Source: Takakia lepidozioides
Lineage: Eukaryota > Plantae > Bryophyta
Direction: 5' to 3'
NCBI GenBank assembly: GCA_030704615.1
Contig: CM060734.1
Coordinates: 44,206,001 to 44,270,000 of the forward strand
DNA: 64,000 nucleotides
Shown: positions 25,450 through 36,994 of the stretch, in pieces
Position numbering within the stretch: the first letter of the stretch is position 1
How the letters are laid out: every line of letters begins with the position of its first letter
The notes under the pieces: generated by a model
What the model was told of the DNA's origin: nothing
Seen by the model: only the letters and a program-made list of their open reading frames with translations
Databases searched by the model: none
Made by a program: the position numbers and the translations under genes

Positions 25450-26410
25450 AAATAGACGCCGAATTTCTATGTGGGGTGGGCCCGGTGGTCCCGGCTCTCC
25501 GGGGTGTCCTGCAATGAAAGTGGAAATTCGGCGCCATTTTTCCCGTGGGCAAGGGGGCCCATTCTGGGACAGCCGTTTTGAGGCCTACTCCACAAAAATG
25601 GTGCCGAATTTGCACTTTCCGGCTCGGGTGGCTGGCACCGAAACTGGAAATTCGGCGCCATTTTTCCATGTTGGGGCCCAACCCTTTCTACCACTATCGG
25701 ACCCAGCCTGGAAAAATGGTGCCGAATTTCCAGTACCGGGGGTGGCTGGCACCCATTCTGGAAATTCAGCGCCATTTTTCCAGTTCCGGGCCCAGTCAGT
25801 TCTGGGACTTAGCCATTTTCGGACACGGCTTGGAAAAATGGCGCCGAATTTCCAGTGCCGGGCCTGGAAAATGGCTAAATCCCGGGGGTGGCGGGCACAC
25901 ATTCTGGAAATTCGATGCCATTTTCCAGTTCCGGGCAAAGTCATTTCCAGAATGTGTGCCATCCGCCCCAGGGAAATTCGGCGCCATTTTCCCAGGGTGT
26001 GTCCGAAAATGGCTAAGTCCCAGAACTGACTGGGCCTGGAACTGGAAAAATGGCGCCGAATTTCCAGAATGGGTGCCAGCCACCCCAGGGACTTAGCCAT
26101 TTTCGGGGCCCTGTACTGGAAATTCGGCGCCATTTTCCCAGGTTGTGTCTGAAAATGGCTAAGTCCCAAAACTGGAAAAATGGCGCCGAATTTCCAGAAT
26201 GGGTGCCAGCCACCCCAGGGACTTAGCCATTTTCAGGGCCCTGTACTGGAAATTTGGCGCCATTTTCCCAGGTTGTGTCCGAAAATGGTTGTCCAAGAAC
26301 TGACTGGGCCTGGAACTGGAAAAATGGCGCCGAATTTCCAGACTGAGTGCCAGCCACCTTCGGGACAGCCATCCCCCCAGGGCCCGAGTCAGGAAATTCG
26401 GCGCCAATTT
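25450..26410. repeat. Array of about 15 GGAAATTCGGCGCCATTTTT motifs, mostly alternating in orientation, about 50-75 bp apart
   Basis: Copies near 25455, 25522, 25595, 25646, 25711, 25760, 25833, 25906, 25972, 26044, 26118, 26175, 26248, 26318 and 26392. Spacer motifs GGGACTTAGCCATTTT and GGGTGCCAGCCACCCC recur. Confidence 0.9.
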
Positions 26411-26479
26411 TCCAGGGACTTCTTCACAACTAATTTTCATGCGCCACATAAGGCCTCTTACATCCTGGAAATGTAGGGA

Positions 26480-27800
26480 CTACAAAGAAAGGCACCGCGT
26501 ATCTACCTGTACAGAAGGCGTGTCTACGTTTGGCTGGTCGGTGAACTCGTGGCTCCGGTGGGCATGGGGTATCTCTCGAAAGAATAGGTCGGTTTTGTAG
26601 AGCAGAAAGTACCTCGTCACATAGTCGCGTAGGCTCTCTGCTTCCCCAGAAATCTCCAGCTTGAACTGATGTGCTTGTGTGTCAAGTTGCTCTTGCGCAT
26701 TCGTCGTCACCTGTGGAGATTCTCCATCAGACCATTTTCCTCAAAAAATACAATAAATCCACCCGATACAAGAGTAGAAACGCCAAATGAAGCGTGGGAA
26801 AGTACCTGAAACCACCATGTCATGCGGTTCATCCACATGTCGAATGTAAGTCAGACAGTTTGTCGGGTTTGGGGAAGCTCCACATGTCCCTTGTACTTTG
26901 GGAACCATTCCAGATTTGGAGCCACCGGGTCTGTCCAACCACCCAGCATATTAGTAAGCGCCAAACACCACAAAAACGAATTGTTGCCACGACAATTTGG
27001 TTAAGAATGTATAACCTTTTCTGTTGCATCCACATAGGATGTGGCTAGACGATGCAGCTTCTCCAATGTCATCGTGGGCTTCAGAGCGCGGGAGTAGTGC
27101 TTCCCCACCTCCACCAAAAAGTCAGCACCAAGGGCGGGATCAGCTATGACCACATACTTTTACCATCCGCGACTTGTACTTGATGCGGGCCTTCGCCTCC
27201 GCAACTTTGAGATACGATTCCAGTGCCATGAGGGTTAGTTTCTTCTCCTCTGACTCCATGTAGAACCTCCGCGCATGTGCTCTTGCTGAATTTTCATCTA
27301 TCAAGAATGCGCACATAAGATTAGAAATCCTGGTCAACACTTTTTCTTCTATTGGGGGAGGAGAGACAGATTAGCTCAACAAAATAGTTAGGAGCTTTAC
27401 CCAAAATATGTAGTCCACCATGGCGTCCATGCTCAGCCTATACCAGGTTCTGTCTGCCTTTGCCTCCGACTTGCGCAGGAGGTCGGCACTGAGCGAATTG
27501 GCAAACTCTTGCACCCCCTGCTTCCCGACATCCTTCACTCGGAAGAGCATGTGGGACAAGTTGGTGGCAATGAAGGCATTCTCAGTCACCCTGCAATGCC
27601 ACATTTCTATTAAACAATACTGAAATGAGAATTTGCAACAAATATGACGATTGGCAATGACATGAGTGTTTCAAATTCAAAGATCCAAAGCAAGAGGCAT
27701 TGTAACTTACGAGTTGATGTCTACCATTGCAGCTTTGAGAAGACTGCGATCTTTGGGCCCCGCAACCTTCAGCACTCCTAGATTGTCCCACCATTGATGA
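26480..27800 (-). pseudogene. Degenerate multi-exon gene of unknown function next to the repeat array
   Basis: Co-oriented protein-like segments (27371-27604, 27140-27340, 26480-26710) with CAG acceptors near 27592 and 26711. Stops present; no family recognised. Confidence 0.35.
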
Positions 27801-27839
27801 CAGCTTCTCCTCGTCTTTGTTACCTATTTCTGGATACTT

Positions 27840-29200
27840 TCATGTTGTCACATTGGCCGTATCATGTCAGTCACTCCAAACTATCAAAGGTTCACTCAAC
27901 TAGCTAACTTGCAGAATTCAACATGAAATTTAAGGACGACTCTGATAACAGGGAAAAATAAGCTGAAATGTGTTGAAGGTGCCTTCATTAGCAGTGCCTT
28001 GTTCTATCAATTGTGATGCTGCCGCTTCTGTTTCCCGTTGACCATCTACCCATGCAGATTTCTTGTAGCTATTGATCCACAGGGAATCAGAAGTAATCTT
28101 ATGTTTGAAACCCGGTCCTCTTGGATGAATCTAGACCTCTGTCCCTAGTCCTTCAGCTATCCCTGCCTGTGTAGAAAATCATGAATACATCTCAGCCTTG
28201 CTGTTAGCAGCTGACTGACGGCGTGAAGTTCTTCCAACAAACCCCAACCCTAATGATGAGAGGGAAAAATAGACTGCCAAAAGTTTGAAGAAGAAGGTGC
28301 TCACCACATTGACCTCGTGTGTGCTGCTTGTGTTTGTAGTCAGGTAATGTCGGATTGGTCAGATTGGACAAGTGTTCATTCCACCGCTTCTCCTCATTCT
28401 GTTATCTATTTTTAGATACTTTCCTGCTACCACATCGGCAGAAACTTGTCAAGTCACCCCAAACCACCCACAGATCCACCCAATGAGCTAACTTACAGCA
28501 TTCAATATGCATCTCAGGGCCGAGTCTGATGAGAAGGCAAAACAGGCTGAAATAGGTGGAAGAAGAAGGTGCCCTCACCACATTTCCTCGACCTTGTATC
28601 ATGACCCATGGAGGATTTGTAGACTCCCTCTCTTGATCCTCTAATTTCTCCTTTCATCTATGTGAAACATTTTTCATCCGGTTTCACAAGCCTTTAGTTG
28701 ACCATCTACCCATGCAGGTTTATTGTAGCTATTGATCCACCTGGAATCAAGGTAATCTGGAGCTTGAAGTCCAGCCCTCTTGGATGAATCTGGATAGTTG
28801 TCACAGTGGCAGTATCATATCAAAGTCACTCCAAACTACATTCACTCAACCAGCTAACTTACAGAATTCAACATGGAAATTTAGGGCCGATTCTGATAAG
28901 AGGGAAAATGTGTTGAAGAAGGTGCCTTGATTACCAATGATCAGTTAAGCCGCTGCTGCTGCGGCATCCAGTTGACCATCTACCCATGCAGGTTTCTTGT
29001 AGCTATTGATCCAAGGAATCATAAGTAATCGTGGCCCTCTTGGATGAATCTGGACCCACTCTCTATTCTTGCTCCTTCAACTATCTCTACCTCTGCACAA
29101 ATCATGCACACATCTTTGTCTTGTTGCTAGCAGCTGACAATGACAGTCTAGATCTGTTCCAGCAAACACCCTAACCCTACTTATCACACAAGTTCCTCGC
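27840..29200 (-). repeat. Degenerate tandem modules including three copies of the region upstream of the PPR fragment
   Basis: GTTGACCATCTACCCATGCAG..GCTATTGATCC at about 28037, 28697 and 28971 is the reverse complement of about 19715-19765. These are interleaved with the AGCTAACTT.CAGAATTCAAC..GAAGAAGGTGC module. Confidence 0.75.
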
Positions 29201-30044
29201 CAAGTCCTTCGAATGAACCAATGCCACTTTCTGCTAAGGCTTTCGTGTCTGGGGTGTAATTCCTGTGTCAGATCACTATCGTGAAATCAGTTATGTGGTT
29301 GTCTTTGATAGTTTCCCCACCATAGAAATCACCTGTCCCCTCTTACTGGAGTCCTATCAAGCCACCACTGTGTGTAGCCTGCACTCTTCAGGGATGCAGA
29401 ATTGGAAAGAGAAATGCAAGCTCCTTCGCTCGTTCCCGCTTCGGTTTATTGTTACAACCTGTGCTAAGTCGAATACCTCATATCCCTACTCCTGATTACT
29501 TGTAAATGAAAACCTCCCTGCCCAGATATCAAGAAGATGGAGGGGTTCAAAATAAAGACGTCGACACATCTGCCTCGCAAATGTCTGAGACTGCTTCGGT
29601 GTCTGAGGCAGTTAAAGAATCACCACTATATGAGCTACAAAGGTCATGTAAGACAATGAGTCATGATCGAGGAATTATCATATCTCCAAATACCCTCGCA
29701 TGTATCTTCCTGTCATTCGGTGCCTCTGTAGAAATGCTACCATAAAGCCCTTTCCAAATCACAGGATCCGCAGCCGCAAGCGATCGATTTCAAGCACAGA
29801 CTTGCAGGGCATGTACCAATCCCAACGGAGAATCCCGATTTAATAGCCAGAGGAGGATAGATTGATGCTTCCACTCCCTTCCTGCAATGAGGAAGAAGGG
29901 AGAAAGACGATATGCTTCTTCTACTTGCGCTTCCAACAGACATTCACGTTTTTGCACCAACGAGCTAACTTGCAGAATTCAACCTGAAAATTTAGGGACA
30001 ACTCTGATAACAGGGAAACAGGCTGAAACGTGTTGAAGAAGGTG

Positions 30045-30710
30045 CTCATAGGGCTCCAAAGCCTCCATCCCGCGCCCTTGCTGTGCATATCCTCCAGACA
30101 TCGCACTCCACAACACCACATCTCGTTCAGCCATACTGTTGAACACTGCCTTTGCACCCTCGATGCACCCACATTTTGCATACATGTCCACGAGAGTACT
30201 GTTCAGAATGACATCGGGTACAATTCCAGCTCTGACAATGTCACCATGGACCTCTTTGCCCTTTTCCAAGGCTGCCAGACTTACGCATGCATTGCAAATG
30301 CAATCAAACGTGATGTGGTCGGGCTTCACCCCTTCCGCCATCATTTGATCGTAGGTCTCCAAAGCCTTCTTCCTGTGTCCTTACTTTGCATACCCCGTAA
30401 GCATCGTTCAGCCATACTGTTGCAAACTCCCTTCACATCCTCGATGCACCCACATTTCGCATACATGTCCACGAGGGTGATATTGCAAACTTAAACGAAC
30501 GTGACCAGGTCCGGCTTCACCCCTTCCCGCATTATTTACTCATACGTCTCCGAAGCCTCTATACCACGCCCCCACTGTGCATATCCTCGCCCTTCCTACA
30601 TCATTTGCTTAAGAATAAGCTCAAGAAAGCTGCATCAGTGTCGTAAAGCCTCAACCCCACGCCCCTGCATTGCATATCCTGCGATCATCCCGTTCCATGA
30701 CATAAGTTCT
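30045..30710 (-). pseudogene. PLS-class PPR fragment, close paralogue of 19838-21100 in opposite orientation
   Basis: [89 protein letters not shown]. It ends at about the same MEALE position as the plus-strand copy. Confidence 0.9.
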
Positions 30711-30879
30711 CCTTGCTTCGGCTCGATACTGCGAAAACATATGGTAGCGCGGGAGACAAAAAGAGGCTAAGTCCCAGCCCTATGTGTTCACGGCTGAACG
30801 TGGGCAACCCTAAAGCAATTTTTTGAATTTTTAAACTTTTTGCACTGTGTCATTCCATTGACACAAGTGCTTTGTTAAA

Positions 30880-31282
30880 GATAGATGGATGAGGTCATCC
30901 AATGGATGAACCCATTCATGTATATGCCTTAAGATGCCACGTATAGTGATGTAGTCATATAAACATAGCTGTGAAACCTACTGTAGTCATGTAGTCATAA
31001 GCTTCTATGGCACGTCATCAATGTGTAGTAGTGGTGTAGTCATTTAGTCATAAGCTTATATGGCATGTGTCTGACGTGTAGTATATAAACCAAGCATATG
31101 ATCTTGGTCAACAATGTTTGACCACAGCTCCTAGTCATGTAGTAACATGTATGACTTCATTAGATTAAAATATATTAAAATGCGCCCAACAATGGGTTTT
31201 ATCACTATGTAGTCACATATATAGTCATGGTTACCAAGGTTTATATTACTCGTAGTCATAAAAACGACAATCTGTACTAGTG
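30880..31282. mobile_element. CACTA/EnSpm terminus with GTAGTCAT subterminal repeats
   Basis: Ends AGTCATAAAAACGACAATCTGTACTAGTG at 31282; same family as the 22021 end. Confidence 0.75.
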
Positions 31283-31689
31283 GGTGTAGTTGTCCATGAT
31301 CAGTTGAAAAAGACATACACTGTCTAAACTTGAAGACATATAAGTGATATATATTGGCACCATATCTACTTCTTCTTGCTCGATACATCTATGGTGAATG
31401 CTTGGATTTTGTATTCATCTCACATGAGGTAGGTATGAAAGACACATATGACCTACCTTGAGTTTAACGTGGCTATGGCTAATCAACTTATAGCCGGCTG
31501 GTGGTCTACTTTGGAGATGACCAGCAGCTACAATTCTTTATAGTGGGCTGTATATCAGAGCTTACACTCTAGTAGGCGGCACATGTGCAAAAGTATATCA
31601 GATGCGCACACATTTTTACTGCCCTCAATGCTAGGAGGTAGCCATTTGTCTTGGGTTCTACTGGCAAAAGATTCATTACATATGCATCA

Positions 31690-31774
31690 GAAGAGAGAAG
31701 ACTCTGGCCGAGGCCGGCGTAACTAAGAGCCACTTCGCCTTGCGGCTAGTGCCCATTTTCGGGGGTGGGCCACG
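31690..31774 (-). mobile_element. 85-bp extreme 5'-truncated copy (3' tail only) of the Dualen-like LINE family
   Basis: Contains TAACTAAGAGCCACTTCGCCTTGCGGCTA. Flanked by an 11-bp direct repeat CATATGCATCA (31679-31689 and 31775-31785). Confidence 0.85.
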
Positions 31775-31789
31775 CATATGCATCACCAC

Positions 31790-32750
31790 CACCCAACGAG
31801 CTAACTTTCAGAATTCAACATGCAATTAGGGCCGAGTCTGATGAGAGGGAAAAACTGGCTGAAATAGGTTGAAGAAGAAGGTGCCCTCACCACCACCCAA
31901 CGGGCTAACTTTCAGAATTCAACCTGAAAATTTAGGACCAATTCTGATGATAGGGAAAACAGGCTGAAATAGGTCAAAGAAGAAGGTGCTCTCACATTGT
32001 CCTCGACCTTGTGTCATGACCCATGGAGGATTTGACTGACGATGAACCCAAGAGGACCTCTTGTGTGTGCTGCTTGTGTTTGGAGTCAGGTAATGTTGGA
32101 TTGGTCCGTGAGAACCACCACGGTGCAGCTGAGCGGGCAAAGATTGAAACATGGCCTGCTAAGACCAAGTTGACTCTCACAAGAACCTTGTAAACATCAT
32201 GAAGAATACCAAATCATGGTCCTAACAGTAGCCAAGAGCCCACCTGTGCAAGATGGACAGACTTCTTCACATCGTACATTAAGAAAAAGCCACACCTTGC
32301 GATTGCGGTTGTCCCACCATCGTGAAGGATCTTTATAAAAAACCTCATGCCAGCTCTGCTCCGTACTGCAAATTCAGGGCTGAGTCTAATGAGAGCGCAA
32401 AACAATAGGTTGAAGAAGAAGGTGCCCTCACCACGTTGTTTTCGACCTTTTGTCATGACCCATCGAGGATTTGATTGACCACCTCTTGTGTGTGCTGCTT
32501 GTGTCTATAGTCAGGTAATGTCGGATTGGTCTGTGAGAACCACCACGGTGTAGCTGAGCGGGCAAAGATTGAAACACGGCCTGCTAAGACCAGGACGACT
32601 CTCCCAAGAACCTTGTAAACATCACGAAGAATACCAAATGGTGGTACTAACAGGAGCCAAGAGCCCACATTTGCAGGATGGACAAACTTCTACACATCGT
32701 GCTAAGAAAAAGCTACCTACAACTTGCGATTGCGGTTGTCCATCCAAACT
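31790..32750. repeat. Tandem duplication (about 430-bp units) plus shorter about 105-bp module copies
   Basis: About 31930-32320 and about 32370-32745 align by eye (GTGTGTGCTGCTTGTGT..GAACCACCACGGTG..AAGAACCTTGTAAACATC..TGCGATTGCGGTTGTCC). Confidence 0.8.
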
Positions 32751-32819
32751 ATGCATATCCTGTAGATCATCCCACACAAACACAGCAAAACGATCAAGTC
32801 CCATAACTTAGCTGAACGC

Positions 32820-33337
32820 AAGTCCGCAACCCTAAATCCATTTTGATTTATTTGGATGAATGTATTTTAGATGGATGGATTTTGGGTTTTCCATCTATCC
32901 ATCCATCCATCAATTTGGTTTTCCATTTATTGGTTCATCCATCCATTTTGATTTCATCCATTCATCTTTAAATGAGTTTCTACAACTAACTACTGTCGAT
33001 TATTTTATTTGACTATCCCTAACCAACAGACGTCAGGTCAGTGAAATTCCAGTGAAAGTATAGTCAAAATTTTTACTACTTATTTATCCATATTAATATA
33101 TAAATAATAAATATGTTGCAGATACACGTGTCATGGTTTAAATGGTTGTGTTAGTTTAAGTAGTCAAAGTCTCTCGCAATTATGGCCCTGACATAGTGAA
33201 ACTATTTCACTATCGTGTACTGTGTCGAATATTTTAATATTATCTTTGACTATGGAATGGTTGGATAGTCAAAAAATGACAACAGTAAAAAAAATCGTCA
33301 AACTGACATGTTGAAAATCCCAGGGTGTGTTGTAGTG
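32820..33337. mobile_element. Probable CACTA terminus (second family)
   Basis: TGGATG/CATCCA clusters and TAGTCAA repeats, ending GTGTTGTAGTG (reverse complement CACTACAACAC) at 33337. Confidence 0.5.
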
Positions 33338-34334
33338 TACAATGGTCTGGACACTTGTCTGTTTTTCAAATCTGTCATAGGTGCACAAACCACTTAAAGT
33401 TTTTCATGTATCACCACAGAAGTGGTACCAATCACTATTGCGTAGGCAACCATTCATGAGCAACCACTAGAATAGTGGTTCCAATTACTGCAGTGTCTCT
33501 CACCATCCACTCTCCACCACTGTCAAAGTGGTACAAATCAATGAGGTGTGCGTGATAGAAATCCAGTCATGTCACCATTAGAGTACGTTGGGGTCATCAA
33601 AGAGATCTTGAAACTGGATTATGGACGAGTGCACCCCATTGTATTTGTGCTTGGGTGAGGGCAAACCTCGTTGGACAAAATGCTACAATGAAGCGAGATT
33701 CGTATGGTTTTCTATTTGCGAATTTTGGGAGGATGTTACCCGAAAATGAAGAGCCGTTCATATTTCCATCTCAAGTTGAACATGTATTCTTTTCGGATGA
33801 GTCCCCAAGTTCGGAGTGGAAGGTAGTCCTTCGGAAGGATCCAAGAGCAAAAAAGATTGTGGCGGACGTAGATCAATGTGACATTGGAGAAAATGCAGAT
33901 TTCGATGGCCTTTGGGCACTGTCTACCTTATCAGATCAGCCAATACCTAGGTTATTAGATGGTGTCACGGCTCTAAATAAAGAAGAGCTTGGCTACCATT
34001 CAAGCGGCATTTGTACAACCAACCGCTATTCCAGTTGAGGAAAGTGATTCAGAAAGTGAGGACTATGATTCAGATTCAAAATAAAGTTTATTGTTGGAAC
34101 CATTTGTTCAATAACATCGTCGTACAATGGTATGGACACTTGTCTATTTTTCAAAGTCTGTCACAAGTGCACAAACCACTTCAAATTTTTCATGTATCAC
34201 CACAAAAGTGGTACCAATCACTATTGTGTAGGCAACCACTCATGAGCGACCACTAGAATAGTGGTTCCAATTACTGCAGTGTCTTCACCACCTACTCTCC
34301 ACCACAGTCAAAGTGGTACAAATCAATGAGGTGT
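33338..34334. repeat. About 210-bp direct repeat pair (33338-33549 and 34123-34334) bracketing the CACTA transposase fragment
   Basis: TACAATGGT.TGGACACTTGTCT..CAAAGTGGTACAAATCAATGAGGTGT occurs twice. Confidence 0.85.
33580..34038 (+). mobile_element. CACTA transposase C-terminal (DUF4216-type) fragment
   Basis: EYVGVIKEILKLDYG followed by KRDSYGFLFANF..EPFIFPSQVEHVFFSDE..EWKVVLRKDPR. Confidence 0.75.
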
Positions 34335-35183
34335 CTTTAACCACTCAAGATCTACGTGCACTATCCCCGTCCACGTGGAATATTATATTTATTAATCAAA
34401 ATATATAGGTGGTCAAGTAAGTGCATACATTGATCGTAAATGACAAATTATGCTTCTTCGCTTATCTATCTTTTAGTCACAGATAAACTAGTTTGAGCAC
34501 CAAAATTGGGGGTCAAACTAGTTTCATGCCCAGTTTGGGTTTTGCCCAGTTGTACACCCCCTGACGCCGCCGAGTGACCTGCGAGCTACAAGCTGCCAGA
34601 TGCGAGAGAAGGAGTAGGATTCATGCCCAATTTGACAAACTCGTGCCCAATTTTGCTCACTGTACGTTTGCACTCAAACTAGGGATGAAACACGAGTTAG
34701 AGGTCCAAACTGGGGACTAAACTGGGCATGACTTTAAGGATAACTTTAATGTATAAAAATCTGGAGAACACTTTTGCGTAGTCACTCGAGGGGCAGGGCC
34801 ACCGTTTCACTTTATCATCCACTGACAAAATGGCCACTTTACACCCATCAGGCTGACGAAATGCTGGACTAACTAAATCATGCCACGGGTACCGAATCAG
34901 GACAGTAAACTATCCCAACGAATTTCTTAGTATCTGTTCGACCCTCATTTGTGAGCTGCCCGAAGTGTATGAGAATTGGGAGACGTGGCATCATGACGTG
35001 GTAGCCTGTTATTAGGCATTCCCCCACGTCATCGTCTCTTAGGGTTTCTTTATCAGGGCCTTGCTTTTGTGTAGGAAGGTGCGTGTTAGGTGGTACAAAG
35101 GGAAGCAAGAGAAGCGAGAGAGGGGCAATCGCTTGTAGGTCTCGGGGATCTGATTGCGGCCTCTCTGTCTCGCTGCCGCCAAG

Positions 35184-36994
35184 ATGTTAGTAAGAATAAG
35201 GAGTCGTGATGGTTTGGAGCGCGTGACAGTTGATGCGAATGCCACTGTGGGGCAGCTGCAGTCAGCCATTTCGGAGGCTCTAAAAGTGCCTGTTTCCAGT
35301 CAAGTTTTATCCAAGAACCAATCGCTGCTACTTGCCAAAGACCATGACGAAGATTCCAAGTTCGCAGATCTGAAGAACAAGGCAGCCAGTCTTGCGTCCC
35401 TAGGAATAGGACATGGAGCGGTGATTTTTCTGTCGTACAGTGGGGAGAGGGTTGTTGCCGGGCCTCCGGTGACTCCGCATGGCACTTTCGGTAAGAAGAT
35501 GACTATGGATGACCTAATTGCCCGCCAGACGCGGATCGAGCGACAAGAAAAGCCGCACTGTAGTTCGCTCTCGTTTGATAGGGATGCTGCAAATTCCTTC
35601 CAACATTATGTTCATGAAAGCCTGGCCTTTTCTGTGAAGAGGGGGGGCTTCATGTATGGGAGTGTCAGTGAGACCGGCGAGGTCTCGGTACAGTTCATCT
35701 ACGAACCCCCGCAACAGGGGTCTGAAGAGAGCCTGTTGCTCATGCGCGATGTGGAGGAGGAGAAGCATGCGGACGTGATCGCCGCAGGATTAGGTTTTCG
35801 AAAAGTAGGATTCATTTTTACTCAAACTGTTAGCCAAACGAAGCGGGATTACACGCTTTCTAACATAGAGATTAGACAGGCTGCCGAACTTCATGCAGAG
35901 AGTGGATTCAAGTCTTGGGCAACCGCCATAGTGAAGCTGGAAGTCAATGATGAAGGGGGCGCCGATGTGCATTTTGAGGCCTTCCAGCTGAGCGACCAGT
36001 GCGTGAAACTGTATAAGGAAGGTTGGTTTTTGGAGAATTGCGCAGGACTTGACCCCAAATTGTCTCGGATGACAAAGGAGGTGGTGATTCTTGGCAAGGA
36101 TACACAGGAGGTGGATAATGACTTCTTCCTTGTTCTCGTTAAAATCCTGGATCACGAGGTATGCACTCCGTCTTTTCCCTCCTCCTTCTCCTTCCCTCTC
36201 TTATTCGTTGTTTGTTTGAGGCTGGGGGTGGCGCACTATGGACGGAGTCTCATACTCTGATATTACAATCAAGGGTATAGTCCACGGCCACATAGCTGTC
36301 AATAAATTTCTTCAAACCCCTGTTATTATCTCTTGACCAAGTCTATACGTTTTGTATTATTAGCCCGGCATATGTGCACTAAGAAATAGAAAGTAGGCCT
36401 CCAACTTCCCGGGATGCAAAGGAATAGTTTGAGCCCTATTGGTTCTCCCCTCACTAGTCTATCATCAATCCGGAATTGTTTATGTGCAATCTTATGGGCC
36501 TTAGTAAGTGAGTTCAGATTAAAATCTCACGCCGGGATGATCTTTGATTTACAAATTGTGGAAGGTGCTCATAGTGATTATGGGCTTGACCATGGTAACA
36601 AGGTTCAAAAGGCTCCTTGTGCCTCGACCAAGTGTGGGTGTTTGGATCCGGGGTGACTATGTGTTCAATATCACTTCATCAGAGAGCAGCCATTTGAAAT
36701 TGCATGTGGATGACTGATAAAACGATTGTATTGCTGCAGGGGCCATTGTCTTGCACTTTCCCAATTGAGAATAGGCAACCACCACCATCCCTCCAGGCTT
36801 TGAAGTCCCATTTGGATCGGACCAAGAACAAGGCCTATGGGAAGAGGATTGCAGATTTTCATCTCCTTCTGTTTCTGTCTAATTACCTGGATGTGAACAC
36901 AGATATGCCTCAGTTGACAGAAGCCATCCGCGTTCAAGGGCCTGTTCCTGATGGGTACCAGCTCATTATCGAATCTCTTGCCAGCAACTTTTAA
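35184..36994 (+). CDS. NPL4: NPL4-like protein (CDC48/p97-UFD1 cofactor), 2 exons (35184-36158, 36740-36994), 409 aa
   Basis: MLVRIRSRDGLERV ubiquitin-like N-terminus, KRGGFMYG, IYEPPQQG, VHFEAFQLSDQC, EVDNDFFLV, FPIENR, ADFHLLL. In-frame GT-AG intron. Confidence 0.93.

Noticed and set aside
25450-26410. CRISPR array
   Set aside because: Repeats alternate in orientation, spacers are themselves repetitive, there are no cas genes, and the context is eukaryotic.
25388-26476. Many overlapping ORFs (MAPNF, EIRRHF, WRRIS, NGAEF peptides)
   Set aside because: These are translation artefacts of the stop-free DNA motif in all frames. The same applies to 9560-10000.
33338-34334. TRIM or small LTR retrotransposon
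   Set aside because: The repeats lack TG..CA termini, PBS and PPT, and the internal sequence is CACTA transposase.
34460-34745. MITE upstream of NPL4
   Set aside because: Partial inverted motifs (CATGCCCAGTTT and AAACTGGGCATG) exist, but clear termini and a TSD could not be defined.
35154-36260. 368-aa single-exon NPL4 as in the ORF track
   Set aside because: It starts at a TTG and reads into the intron. The supported model uses ATG 35184 and the donor at 36159.
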